Notes: a model not told the origin generated them from the letters alone. DNA of 64,000 nucleotides from Macrostomum lignano (GCA_002269645.1 NIVC01000656.1:62001-126000); one strand, 5' to 3'. Positions 34,150 to 47,934 are shown, counted from the stretch's first letter. Translations and numbers: made by a program.

Positions 34150-36407
34150 ATGCATTCCTCGGGCTCATCTCTCTATTCGAATCCGCCGCCGCCGGGCGTG
34201 AGTCCGGCCGAATATCAGCAGCGCTGGACCTCGGCGGCTGCTGTTCCGCCTCCGCCTGTACCGCCGCCGGGCTACGCCCACCTGGTCCCTGGCGGTCATC
34301 ACCTGCATCCGTTGCGACCGCCTGTGCCGCCAACTTCGTCGGCCAGCGCTGTTGGAGCGAGCTCTGCCGAACTGGAAGCATCTCGGCGTTGGGTTAGGTT
34401 AGTGGCTTTTATTAACTTATTTTGTCTAGTTAGTAGACTTTGCCTCTTGAAGTTTCAGCATTGATTGTAGCTTCTGGGTTCTAGCAGCTTCAGGCCTTTA
34501 GGTAACTGTAGGGTTGCCTCAGATATTCAGACTTCAGTTGGGTACGGTAGTTTCAGGCATTCCGCATTAAGAGTAGGTAGCTTCAGGTTTACCGTCTTTA
34601 ATTTGAGAATAGCTTCAGGTAGGGTAGGTAGCTTCAGGGTGCGGGTAGGTAGCTTCAGGGTGGGGGTAGGTAGATTCAGGGTGGGGGTAGGTAGCTTCTG
34701 GTTTACCGTCTTTAATTTGAGAATAGCTTCAGGTAGGGTAGGTAGCTTCAGGGTGGGGGTAGGTAGCTTCACAGTGGGGGGTAGGTAGCTTCAGGGTGGG
34801 GGTAGGTAGCTTCAGAGTGCGGGTAGGTAGCTTCACAGGTGCGGGTAGGTAGCTTCAGGGTGGGGGTAGGTAGCTTCAGGGTGGGGGTAGGTAGCTTCAG
34901 GGTGGGGGTAGGTAGCTTCAGCGTGCGGGTAGGTAGCTTCAAGGTGGTGGGTAGGTAGCTTCAGGGTGGGGGTAGGTAGCTTCAGGGTGGGGTAGGTAGC
35001 TTCAGGTGGGGTAGGTAGCTTCAGGGTGGGGGTAGGTAGCTTCAGGGTGGGGGTAGGTAGCTTCAGGTTTACCGGCTTTAATTTGAGAATAGCTTGAGTG
35101 TGGGGTAGGTAGCTTCATGGTGGGGGTAGGTAGCTTCAGGGTGGGGGTAGATAGCTTCAGGGTGGGGGTAGGTAGCTTCGAGTTGGGTAGGTAGCTTCAG
35201 GTTTACCGGCTTTAATTTGAGAATAGCTTGAGTGTGGGGTAGGTAGCTTCAGGGTAGGGTCTAGCTTCAGGTTTACCGGCTTTAATTTGAGATTGAGAAT
35301 AGCTTAAGGGTGGGGGTTAGTAGGCTCAGGTTTACCGGGTTCAATTGGTAATTTGCTTCAGGTAGGGTAGGTTCAAGTTTCTTCTTCACATAGGGTAGCT
35401 TCAGGTTCAGGTTTTCCGGCTTTAGGCAATGCAGCTTCAAGCAGCAAGCAGACCTTCAGGCTTCGGATAAGTTGGCGTCAGGTCTTTTAACTCATGGAGC
35501 TTCAGTCTAAAGTGCTGGCTCTGTGTTTAGATTAAACTAAACCCTCATATATACCAGCTACTACCACCTAATGCATTGCCAGCGATCTCAACGAAGAGGT
35601 CCAACGATTAACAGCCGAATTGGCCACTGCTCAGACAGCTAATGCCAGTTTAAAAGAACGATTAAAAGATGAACAGCAAAGGAATTTGGAGAAGACGCTG
35701 CAGTTACAGGTGAGTTCGTGTTGTTGTTTTAGGTCTTGGTACTTGATACGACTATCTAGATCTGTTGTTGAGTAGAACACCAAGACTTCAATTCTGAATT
35801 TTAAGTATGAAAATTAATAATAGTGGCCTTTTGTTGTTTATTGTACTGAAAGTAGAAACAATATTATATGCTTACAAAGTAAAACCCACCACAATTCGGC
35901 AAACAGGAGCAGAACGAGTCGGAGGCGAAGTGCGAGCAGCTCCAGGCCAGCCTGACGGAGACTCAAACAGCATTAGATGAGATCAAAGCCAAATTGGCCA
36001 AATGCCGCTGTCAGGCAAATCTTAGCAGTCAGACAAACCATGACAGCAATCCAAGTGCAGACGAAGGCTTATCAGCCATGCTGGAGATTAAAGACAGTAT
36101 TATTGAAAAGCAGCAGGCCTTTGTTAAAGAATTGGAGCGTCGAATGTCCGAGGCTGATAAACAGGTTGGTCTGGCGTATTATATAGCTAACCATTGCATC
36201 TCTGGTGTCAAAGGCGTTTTCGAACCAGATTTTATGTTGAGCAGGGCGCTAAAAATTACTGATTTTATTCGATTCCCTTGGCAGGCACATTTATTTGGGG
36301 GCTTGGTGGAACGATTCGTCACCATTGATGCCCCCCCCAGGCAGAGAGTAAATGCCTGACGATTAGAAAGTTTATATCAGTGCGTGCCTGTGTACAGTAT
36401 TTGTGCG

Positions 36408-36439
<32 letters not shown>

Positions 36440-36751
36440 CCTGCCTGTCTGTCTGCCTGTCTGTCTGTCTGTCTTAGTGTCTGTCTGTCTTAGTGTCTGT
36501 CTGTCTGTCTTAGTGTCTGTCTGTGTCTTAGTGTCTGCCTATCTGTCTGTCTGTCTGTCTGTCTGTCTTAGTGTCTGTCTGTCTTAGTGTCTGTCTGTCT
36601 TAGTGTCTGTCTGTCTGTCTTAGTGTCTGTCTGTGTCTTAGTGTCTGCCTATCTGTCTGTCTGTCTGTCTGTCTGTCTTAGTGTCTGTCTGTCTTAGTGT
36701 CTGCCTGCCTGTCTGTCTGCCTGTCTGTCTGTCTGTCTTAGTGTCTGCCTA

Positions 36752-36798
<47 letters not shown>

Positions 36799-36973
36799 TA
36801 GTGTCTGCCTATCTGTCTGTCTGTCTGCCTGCCTGTCTGTCTGTCTGTCTGCCTGCCTGTCTGTCTGTCTGCCTGCCTGTCTGTCTGCCTGCCTGTCTGT
36901 CTGTCTGCCTGCCTGTCTGTCTGTCTGTCTGCCTGTCTGCCTGCCTGCCTGTCTGTCTGTCTGTCTGTCTGCC

Positions 36974-37018
<45 letters not shown>

Positions 37019-37901
37019 GCCTGCCTGTCTTAGTGTCTGTCTGTGCTCAGGAGTCAGTGGAATGGGCAGGATTGCCTCATCGCTGGTCGTACGATGTCGC
37101 CGAAGGCATTGCCTCACGCAGTCCACATCTCTCCTGCGAACATTTTTATTTATTTATTTATTTATTTATTTTTTTATTTTACTTCCAAACGGACAGTCAA
37201 AGGTAAGTAGTTATGAGATATTCAGAACAGTACCTATGGCGCACTATTCTTATGCTACCTGCATTTTCAATTAAATACATTACAGAACCGTCAACAAGTA
37301 GCAGCTATAGAAGCTGAGCTGGCCACTGCTACAGCTGAGCTCAACCAGAAAGCTGAGCAGCTCGAGTCCGTACTGTTCCCAGACAATGATAACAACAGCG
37401 AGGCCTGCTCAGCTAATGATGACAGCGAAAATCGGCGAGCACAATACTGCCGTCAAAAACTCGATCAACTCCGCGCCGAATTGGCCGAGTCAAAATCTGA
37501 GCTGGACAAAGCCAAGTCTGACTGCCAGTCGTTAACTGCTCAACTGCAGTCCGCTCTTGATGATGTTGCCAAGCTGCGAACTGTCCAGCAATCCGCCGAC
37601 GACTCGGCCGCCAAACTGGCCAAGCTGAGCTCTGAATTGGAGAATCTGAAGCAGTCCAACTCGGATCTGGCTGCTCGCGTCGACTCCGGCGAGGTGAAAA
37701 TTCGCGATCTGAATTCGCTGCTGGCTTACAGGCAGCAGCTGGTGGATTCGGCCAAGTCTGAGACAGCCGAGGCGCTGCGGCGTCTGGCCGAAGCCAAGGC
37801 CGACAGCGAGGCCAAGGCAGCGAGAGCTGACGCAGCCGCTGCCGAGCTGGACACGATGAAGGGCCGGCTGCTGCAGCTTGAGGAGAAGTGAGTAGCTATG
37901 A

Positions 37902-37932
<31 letters not shown>

Positions 37933-37936
37933 CGTA

Positions 37937-38012
<76 letters not shown>

Positions 38013-38104
38013 CGTGTGTCTGTCTGTCCGTGTGTCTGTTTGTCTGTCTGTGCCCGTCTGTCTGTCTGTCTGTCCGTGTGTCTTTCTGTCTATGTCTGTC
38101 TGCC

Positions 38105-38143
<39 letters not shown>

Positions 38144-38340
38144 GTCTGTCTATCTGTCTGTCTGTCTGTGTGTCTGTCTGTCTGTCTGTCTGTCCGTGTG
38201 TCTGTTTGTCTGTCTGTGCCCGTCTGTCTGTCTGTCTTTCCGTGTGTCTTTCTGTCTATGTCTGTCTGCCTGTCTCTCTGCCTGTCTGTCTGTCTGTCTG
38301 TCTGTCTGTCCGTGTGTCTTTCTGTCTATGTCTGTCTGCC

Positions 38341-38395
<55 letters not shown>

Positions 38396-41300
38396 GTCTG
38401 TCTATCTGTCTGTCCTTTCTCCTTGTGCTTGTCCTTTTTCACACACCCCAGCTGTCCTACTAACCAGTAGTATTACTTGTTGAATTACTAGTTGATTGAA
38501 TCCATCATTTTCAAGTTAATCGGCCCTGACTGCTTTGCGTTAAAAATTGCGCACAATAAAAGCAAATCGATTTTTTCAGAGCAATCCGAGTTTTAACTGT
38601 GCTCTTATTTTTATGAAACCGTGTGAGTTTCGTAAGCCTTACGGTACCTGGTGACATTTCAGTTTCTTGTCTTAATCGGTTTTCATAAATTTCGCAGACT
38701 GGCCGCCAGCGAAGAGGCCGAATCAGCCAAGGCCGCTGCCGAGTCTGCCAAATTGGCTGCCGAAACTGAATTAGCCAATATTAAAGAGGCCAATGCTGGA
38801 TACGAATTGAAGATGAAACGTTTTGCTAGCGTCTTTCAGGTGAGACCGACTTGACTTGACAGATATGTTCTGTCTAATATCTGTTTAATTTTGTAAAATC
38901 GTAAATACTACTTAGTTAGCTATTTGCCGTAAAGTTGAGATCTTTTTTTATTTTTTCAGCCCAGCCCTTCGCAGTGGCGTTTCCCATACGCGTACTCTTT
39001 AGTGACCCTTTCCCTAATCCGTCAGTGACCCTGTCCCCAATCCTTCAGTGGCCCTGTCTCCAATCATTCAGTGAGCCTGTCCCCAACCTTTCAGTGACCC
39101 TGTCCCCAATCCTTCAGTGACCCTGTCCCCAATGCTTCAGTGACCCTGTCCCCAATCATTCAGTGACCCTGTCCCCAATCCTTCAGTGACCCTGTCCCCA
39201 ATGCTTCAGTGACCCTGTCCCTAACCTTTCAGTGACCCTGTCCCCAATCCTTCAGTGACCCTGTCCCCAATGCTTCAGTGACCCTGTCCCCAATCATTCA
39301 GTGACCCTGTCCCCAATCATTCAGTGACCCTGTCCCCAATCATTCAGTGACCCAGTCCCCAATCCTTCAGTGACCCTGTCCCCAATCATTCAGTGACCCC
39401 AATCATTCAGTGACCCTGTCCCCAATCATTCAGTGACCCTGTCCCCAATCCTTCAGTGACCCTGTCCCCAATCATTCAGTGACCCTGTCCCCAATCATTC
39501 AGTGACCCTGTCCCCCCAATCATTCAGTGACCCTGTCCCCAATCATTCAGTGACCCTGTCCCCCCAATCATTCAGTGACCCTGTCCCCCCAATCATTCAG
39601 TGACCCTGTCCCCAATCATTCTGTGACCCTGCCCCTAATCCTTCAGTAACCCTGTCCCCAACCTTTCAGTGACCCTGCCCCCCAATCATTCAGTGACCCT
39701 GTCCCCCCAATCATTCAGTGACCCTGTCCCCAATCATTCTGTGACCCTGCCCCTAATCCTTCAGTGACCCTGTCCCCAACCTTTCAGTGACCCTGCCCCC
39801 CCCAAACATTCAGTGACCCTGTCCCCCCAATCATTCAGTGACCCTGTCCCCAATCATTCTGTGACCCTGCCCCTAATCCTTCAGTGACCCTGTCCCCAAC
39901 CTTTCAGTGACCCTGCCCCCCAATCATTCAGTGACCCTGTCCCCCCAATCATTCAGTGACCCTGTCCCCAATCATTCAGTGACCCTGTCCCCAATCCTTC
40001 AGTGACCCTGTCCCCAATCATTCAGTGACCCTGTCCCCAATCATTCAGTGACCCTGTCCCCCCAATCATTCAGTGACCCTGTCCCCAATCATTCAGTGAC
40101 TCAGTCCCCAATCCTTCAGTGACCCTGTCCCCAATCATTCAGTGACCCTGTCCCCCCAATCCTTCAGTGACCCTGTCCCCAATCATTTAGTGACCCTGCC
40201 CCTAATTCTTCAGTGACCCTGTCCCCAATCATTCAGTGACCCTGTCCCCAATCATTCAGTGACCCTGTCCCCAATCCTTCAGTGACCCTGTCCCCAATCA
40301 TTCAGTGACCCTGCCCCTAATCCTTCAGTGACCCTGTCCCCCCAATCATTCAGTGACCCTGTCCCCAACCTTTCAGTGACCCTGCCCCCCCTCCAATCAT
40401 TCAGTGACCCTGTCCCCAACCTTTCAGTGACCCTGCCCCTAATAATTCAGTGACCCTGTCCCCAATCCTTCAGTGACCCTAACCCCAATCATTCAGTGAC
40501 CCTGTCCCCAATCATTCAGTGACCCTGTCCCCAATCCTTCAGTGACCCTGTCCCCATTCCTTCAGTGACCCTGTCCCCAATCATTCAGTGACCCTGTCCC
40601 CAACCTTTCAGTGACCCTGCCCCTAATCCTTCAGTGACCCTGCCCCTAATCCTTCAGTGACTCTGTCCCCAATCATTCAGTGACCCTGTCCCCAACCTTT
40701 CAGTGACCCTGTCCCCAATCCTTCAGTGACCCTGTCCCCAATGCTTCAGTGACCCTGTCCCCAATCATTCAGTGACCCTGTCCCCAATCCTTCAGTGACC
40801 CTGTCCCCAATGCTTCAGTGACCCTGTCCCCAACCTTTCAGTGACCCTGTCCCCAATCCTTCAGTGACCCTGTCCCCAATGCTTCAGTGACCCTGTCCCC
40901 AATCATTCAGTGACCCTGTCCCCAATCATTCAGTGACCCTGTCCCCAATCATTCAGTGACCCAGTCCCCAATCCTTCAGTGACCCTGTCCCCAATCATTC
41001 AGTGACCCTGTCCCCAACCGTTCAGTGACCCTGTCCCCAATCATTCAGTGACCCTGTCCCCAATCATTCAGTGACCCTGTCCCCAATCATTCAGTGACCC
41101 TGTCCCCCCAATCATTCAGTGACCCTGTCCCCCTAATCATTCAGTGACCCTGTCCCCCTAATCATTCAGTGACCCTGTCACCAATCGTTCAGTGACCCTG
41201 TCCCCAATCCTTCAGTGACCCTGTCCCCAATCCTTCAGTGGTAAAAAACGACGCAAATAATAAAACTTCAGGATGCCAAAAAAAGAGCTGGAAAGCCGCG

Positions 41301-42489
41301 AGAAGCTGGTTGACCGGCTCAGCCAACAGCTGAAAGATTTGCGCACAGACAACGAAGCCAAGCGCAGCGAATTATTCGCTTTGCGCGCTAAATTAGACAA
41401 ACGGCAGGACAGCGAGGAGCTGCTGCGATGCAGCGAGAAGAAACGCGCCGCCCTAGAGAAAGAGCTGGCAGCGGTCAAGACTCGACAAGCAGAGCGCCAG
41501 GCTGTTCAGATAGAGCAGCAGCCGCAGCCAGACACTGATGCTCCATCAGCTAAGCGTCAGAAGCTTGCGGACGAAGCAGCTTCATCCAACGCAGCGTCGG
41601 CAAGCGGCGAAACAGACGATGCTGTGAAATCAGTAGGCATTCAAACGCATTCATTCGGTTAAAATTAACAGTAGAATTGCCAAAGTAGCGAGTCGCCACT
41701 CTAGTTAAGTCTCAAGGCCAGAGAGTGTACATGCCTCACGATTATAAAGAAGGTCAAAGGGCCGCTGTACACCCTGTGTGGGCGTGTGTGTATGAGTGCT
41801 CTTCTGCGCAAAGTATTGGCGTGCTGGTGCTCAAGGATGTGCTTCGGAGACTCTGCTAATTGGCAGTTCTAAACTGTTAAAATTATCCTCACATTAAGCT
41901 GCAAAATTGGCATTCTAACTTCGAATCCTCAATTCCTGTTTTTAGGTACTTTAATAAGATAAATTGTTTGATTCCTCAATTCTATCGTATTTTAGAGACA
42001 ACCGAAACACACACTACTACTCACTAGTAGTTCCATATATACTAGTGGAGTTACGAGGACAGTACGGAGAGCCGCGTGACACCTCGATGTTTCTATATGA
42101 ATATAGCTAGAACAAGAAATATAATTAATGAGCCTAAATTTAATTCTTCTGTCTCCTTAAAAACCCGCTTTTTAATTTTATTTTAGAGAAATTAGAGAAA
42201 ATGCCAATTCGGAGACTATGGAAGCTATGGAAGCTATTGCCAGTTTTTGTTGCTTTGCAAAAGATCTGGCAACTCTGCGGTCTACAAATCGATCGATATA
42301 ACGAACACGTTATCGATACAATTATCTAGTCCATTAGTTTTATTAAATTTTCTACGCTGACCTAATAATAAAATTTATTTTTCTAAATTGCAGTCCGACT
42401 CCAACTTAACAAAGGAAACAGAAGATAAAACACCGGAAAATTCGGCTTCTAATCCTGTGACGTCATCTTCGCAAGATGTTGACTCGTAA
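34150..42489 (+). CDS. Unidentified coiled-coil protein with a Pro-rich N-terminus, ~610 aa. Exons 34150-34397, 35583-35709, 35907-36164, 37286-37887, 38698-38839, 41272-41632, 42394-42489
   Basis: All junctions are GT-AG and phase-consistent, except for one extra A in the run at 41278-41284 (DAKKEL expected). Heptad-rich E/K/Q/A/L sequence. No family recognised. Confidence 0.75.
34500..35400. repeat. ~21-bp G-rich minisatellite (gggtgggggtaggtagcttca) in intron 1 of the coiled-coil gene
   Basis: Tandem copies interrupted by a recurring ggtttaccg(g)ctttaatttgagaatagc module. Confidence 0.92.
36410..37045. repeat. (TCTG)n microsatellite with ttagtg and cctg interruptions (intronic)
   Basis: Read directly. 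Source of the LSVC-repeat ORFs. Confidence 0.97.
37900..38415. repeat. (TCTG)n microsatellite (intronic)
   Basis: Starts ~12 bp after the donor at 37888. Confidence 0.97.
38995..41240. repeat. ~23-bp C-rich minisatellite (cagtgaccctgtccccaatcatt), 2.2 kb, intronic
   Basis: About 95 copies with a variable C-run, ending ~30 bp before the acceptor at 41271. Confidence 0.98.
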
Positions 42490-43556
42490 CTAAATTGAAA
42501 TTATGTACGTGTATTAGTAAAAATCAACAATACAAGCGTACTCTGTTAAAGTTATCTGCTTGTGCAAATCTGTTGTTTCATTTTTTCTATGTTTCTCAAA
42601 CAGTTTATAACTTGTACGATGCGAAAATTTAAAATACAATACTGATTTTTAAAAGTGCATATTCGGTATGAATATAAAATCATACTTATATTTGTATCTC
42701 TGCTGAGCTGCATACTCCAGACACTTCAGCTCATGTTGGATCAATAAATTAAATGTTTCATGTGTGTTGTCATTCTGCTTCATTTCTTTTCTTTCTCTAA
42801 TAAATGTCAAAAAATACATGAAGAAAATTTAAACAGGATTTGAATGCTGGTACAAAAGCATTTTTCAAAAATGTATTCAATATACATTTGGTCCAATTAT
42901 ATTTTAATAATTAGATTACATACATTAAACACATTTAAACAAAAAAACAATCAAGTGAACTTAACTTTAGAATACATAAGAATAATATAGCTTACTTAAT
43001 ACAATTGATTCCCTAAAACTATATATCAACAAAATGTTGCTTGGTAATGGTAGTACCAAATTAGAAAAGTTAAACTGTAAGTTTCAGTGCTTTAAAAATT
43101 ATCAAAAGTATTTTATAAGCTAATGGTATACCTAAAAAAATAATAATTGTGATCGATAAAATACACATGTCTTGTGTAATAAAAATAGTAATAATTTGTT
43201 TATGATTAAAAAACAAAGCATAGAGTTGTATTCACCTTTAAGTCTTTAAATTGGTATGTTGAGATAAGTCTTCATTTTGGATGAGTTATATTGCTTATTA
43301 TAAAGCAGTAAACACTACTAAATTACTATAGTTTCATTTAATATTATTGCTTGACCTGCAAGCAAACAAAGGTACTAAATTTTACATTAAAAAACATGAA
43401 CTTGCCTATTTATAACTTGAAATGGTTGACACTAACATGCACAAGTAGCTAAACTTAGCATGTCACCTTGCTACTCTAAACAAACTGTTCAGACAATTGA
43501 ATTACTGTATGTTTGATTAGCTAAAATAGCTGGTCAAGCACAAGCCTCGCCCCAAT

Positions 43557-43943
43557 TTAGTTCTTAGCCTTGCTTTTCCGCTGCATATCGCGAAGCTGCT
43601 TGATTTCGGTCTCTTGCAAGTGAATTTCTGCAGTTGTTTCAGTTAACATGTCTAACAGTAGGTCGACCTTCAACTTCAGCAGGTTATTCTGCTCTTCCAG
43701 TTGTTCATTCCGCTTAGCAAGGTCTAGGTAGTCGCGTTGATTTTGAAGGCTTCCGTGTGACTCGTTAATCCAAAGACCGTTTTCAAATGTCAGCTTATTG
43801 CCATCGAGATTCACTTGAAGCTTCTTATTCGGCAGGTCGACGAGCTGTCGATTTCGCTCTTCTTGAAGATTAATGCTTGATAGGGAGCTAGACTTTTTAC
43901 GTGAAAAATTAGGAACCACATACTTGCTTCCAAAGAGCGGCAT
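43557..43943 (-). CDS. CBY1: Chibby (beta-catenin antagonist / ciliary basal body protein), 128 aa, single coding exon
   Basis: MPLFG..RKKSSSLSSIN..LTFENGLW..NEQLEEQNNLLKLKVDLLLDMLTETTAE matches the Chibby family. The true start is the ATG at 43943, not the TTG at 43985. Confidence 0.95.
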   Translation of the reverse strand: MPLFGSKYVVPNFSRKKSSSLSSINLQEERNRQLVDLPNKKLQVNLDGNKLTFENGLWINESHGSLQNQRDYLDLAKRNEQLEEQNNLLKLKVDLLLDMLTETTAEIHLQETEIKQLRDMQRKSKAKN

Positions 43944-45400
43944 TGTTGCTGTTTGTCTGCCAGAAAGTGTTAACAATGGTTCCAAATTTTCTGTAGTTAT
44001 TGATAACTTTTTTATGGTAATAATCTATAAAAAAGGAACTAAAACCGCGCCAATTAACAGTAAATAAAAACATAAAACTTGTAAGTATTATAAAAATATG
44101 TACATACATAACATTCTAAAGCGTTTTTAACCATGTATTAAAAAACCGGCCCGATTTCTCATAAATTCTTTATCGTTTTGTTTTTATTTTGCTTATTATC
44201 GTTAAACGATCCGGCAATTTTGAATCATGGAGGCTTTTCATATTACCAATTCCAGAATCAGAATCGGTTCGGATCTTCCAAGAAAAACAGCAGTATAACT
44301 ATTTAATTCTGTTGTATGTTTGACTGCCTTAACAACCTCACTTAGCACAATTTTTCACTTTCTTCTTGGCGATTGTCATTCAATAATAAAAACTTTATAG
44401 CACTGCACGTATCTCCCTCTAGTTATGGAGACAAAAAGTTATACTTCACAAATTGGTTCTGGTTCTGGAACCAGAACAAGCAATATGAAAAGGCCCATGG
44501 ACACGCGTACATATATTTTGTTGCATCTATCGGGTTTCAGTCAGAATTTCCCAACATTAACGTTTACTAAGGGGTGGATACACTATTTAAACTGAAATAA
44601 ATGCGTAAAACTTACAAAGGTATTAATTAATAGCAGGGAAATGCGTTAAAACACGGAACCCACCATAAAAGTCGTCGATCATTGAATATTAATTAACTTC
44701 TAAAGCTTGCAATAACGTGTTATTAAAAATAAAAGTGTTGCATTGGACATCGTTAATGAAAATCTTAACTTCCTTTAATGGCAAAAGCATTAGCGGTAAA
44801 AAGTCTTAACTTATTAACTTTTAATTTCGTTAAGTTAACTGAAAGTTACGAGCTAACTGAGAAACGTACTGTAAGTGTTAATCCGTTAAGTTAACATAGA
44901 AAATACAAAAATCTTGCCCTTTTCCAAAACAGACTTCCATAATGCACTGTATTTGCTTTTCAAGCTTTAGCGAAACACAGAGGTCATGATCATCAAAAGG
45001 GATTTACAGCTAAAAAAGTATTAAATATTTAGTTTTAAAAATTTGTATGTGCATGTATAATACTATTAAAAGTAAGCCATAACCCCTAGGAACATTCTGT
45101 TCACTCACCTTGTGATTTCTGAATAGATCTGTACTCCAATTGCAGATCACATGTCATCTGATCTTATTAGTTACATCTGCCCGATAAGTTAATAAGAGTT
45201 GTTTTAAGATCTTGCAGGTGTTTGATTCTGGAATTATTCTAGAATAAATTTCTTCAAAGTACAGTACAGACTATTTTCAGAATCACTAAAAAACCTTCTA
45301 AGAGTAGTTATATTTACACGCGTTTTAAATGCTCATTTGCCAATGAATTGTTGTGTTTTGCAAAGGCATGCAATGCGTAGAGATAGTTCGGGGACAACGT

Positions 45401-45473
45401 TTCTAGAAACTTCCACCGCGGACTTGTTTACAAGTTCCAGAAGTTTCCCTCTCCCGGTCTTTCCAGAACTTTC
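45401..45473. promoter_or_regulatory. Cluster of three perfect 3-unit heat-shock elements
   Basis: TTCtaGAAacTTC at 45401-45413, TTCcaGAAgtTTC at 45435-45447 and TTCcaGAActTTC at 45461-45473. TATA-like CATAAAT at 45486-45492. Confidence 0.7.
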
Positions 45474-47129
45474 CTTCCCCGCGTGCATAAATGTACGAGT
45501 ACGAGCCGCCCTCCTAGAACAACCGAACAGAAATATCTAAAAATGTAGCTCGTTGACAACTCGGCATAAAGTTCACCATTTTAATTCACATATTAAAGTT
45601 CATTAGTAAGAAGTTGTTAAATTTGCATGATCATCGTTATGAACAAAGAGATTAATTAGGCATTTAGGTGAATTCGAATACATTCGTTATGATGTAACTT
45701 CTCGTCAGACTTATATTTTTGTTCTTTCTTCTCGTCTTTGGTCATTGACATATCATTAACGTTAATGATGAGGGACTGCCCGCGTTTAAGATAGCTTTAG
45801 ATGCATTTGCATTTTCGTGTACATTTCACTGTACTTTAACAGCTTTAAATGCGAGCTTAAAGGAACTGCATTAAACGTCTTATATACAAGTGACTAAGAT
45901 GCGTGCATAGCTGCATGGCATTCTGTATAATCGTTTTTAATTGGTGTTAGTGGTAGATTGCTATTCTAATGTAATTTTATTGTGTATATAATTAATTTCG
46001 TTTCTAGGGCGCACCAGCTGTCCTATAAATTTCGATTCTAAAAGCCAACTTTGGCGTTAGAAGCTATAAAACAGGTGCATAGCTCCATGAACCGTACGTG
46101 CTGTTAATTAACATATTGACTAAACAAAATTTCATTGCATAAAGGCAGTTAGGACCGTCGTTCACGTAGCACTAAAAAAGCTGCTAATAGGTTGCATGCA
46201 GTCTGGCTGAAAGCTGAAATTAAGACAAGACAATAAAATAGCAATTCTATCGAATTCAATATTTTTATGACGCGAAAATGCCAAACTGATTCTTTTAAAA
46301 ATTAATTTATCCAACAGAATAAAAACCTTTATTTGTTATAATCAAAATTTAATAGTTTTGCGACAATCGGAAGCGCTATAGAAGCGACGTTATAAAACAA
46401 ATTAGTGATAATATGGATTAGCACAGGATTAATGTGGACACCATCTACTTAAAAGCCAAACCAAATACCGCGCAATTTACCCAACACGACAAATGAGTGA
46501 GCACTCTCATAAATTATTTACAACACAAAGTACAACAAATACGATGGTTGTTGCAAAATTTTCCAGACTGTGTTTACTGTCAACGACAGGAATTTTAGCC
46601 ATAACAGCTTAAATTAAAGTACAACAGAACCTTTTAAATTGGACAATTAGTCAAGAGTGTGGTGCCTATATTTTGTACAACACTAAAACTGGCTAAAACT
46701 CCTTAATAAAGTAACGAAATTTGGTCAATACATAAAACACTAATCTAATAAAATTGCGGTTAGAAATTGATTTTATTTTAATTATTGACAGAAGCCCCAA
46801 TTTATTTACAAACAGATCGAATTGTTTACTAAGCAAAATCAGAATTACAGGCTTAAGCTACGGCGCATATATAGGGCTCAATTACTCGTAATATTTATAA
46901 CAGTAAAAATTCGCGAAAAAATCGAAAAAAACCGCGCACTGCGCTTCCAACGCAATCAAAGATGGTGCAGTTCAGATAAAAAAGCAAGTGAAGTGCACCA
47001 TTTACTGATCAGGTGAACACGAACTCCGCCTGAAAATTCTCTTATAGAGATAAACATTGTAAAATGTTGCTTCTACCAAGCAATAAATTCATTATCAATC
47101 AATATTTGCATCTAGCTGAATCTAGCTGA

Positions 47130-47224
<95 letters not shown>

Positions 47225-47469
47225 TAGTGTCTGTCTGTGTCTGTCTGTCTTAGTGTCTGTCTGGTCTGTCTGTCTGTCTGTCTGTCTGTCTTAGTGTCTG
47301 TCTGGTCTGTCTGTCTGTCTTAGTGTCTGTCTGGTCTGTCTGTCTGTCTGTCTGTCTGTCTTAGTGTCTGTCTGGTCTGTCTGTCTTAGTGTCTGTCTGG
47401 TCTGTCTGTCTGTCTGTCTGTCTGTCTTAGTGTCTGTCTGGTCTGTCTGTCTGTCTTAGTGTCTGTCTG

Positions 47470-47537
<68 letters not shown>

Positions 47538-47580
47538 TAGTGTCTGTCTTAGTGTCTGTCTGTCTGTCTGTCTGTCTTAG

Positions 47581-47629
<49 letters not shown>

Positions 47630-47632
47630 TAG

Positions 47633-47721
<89 letters not shown>

Positions 47722-47722
47722 G

Positions 47723-47796
<74 letters not shown>

Positions 47797-47805
47797 GTCT
47801 GTCTG
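47130..47805. repeat. (TCTG)n microsatellite with ttagtg interruptions, downstream of NDRG
   Basis: Read directly. Confidence 0.97.
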
Positions 47806-47934
47806 TTTGCCCTCCCTTCCATGTTTATCTATTAACCTACAAATCAATATTGCAAGGCCACCGTCCCCAACATGTCAGACAAAACCTCAAGTCGAGAGCA
47901 ACAGCAGCGAGCACGTCATAAAAAAGTATTAAAT

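Noticed and set aside
33536-38483. LSIY/LSVC/RQTD repeat ORFs (also 47577-47921)
   Set aside because: Translations of (TCTA)n and (TCTG)n microsatellites.
43944-43985. N-terminal extension of Chibby from TTG 43985
   Set aside because: An artefact of bacterial start codons in the ORF track. Homology starts at the ATG at 43943, and a splice acceptor lies at 43957.
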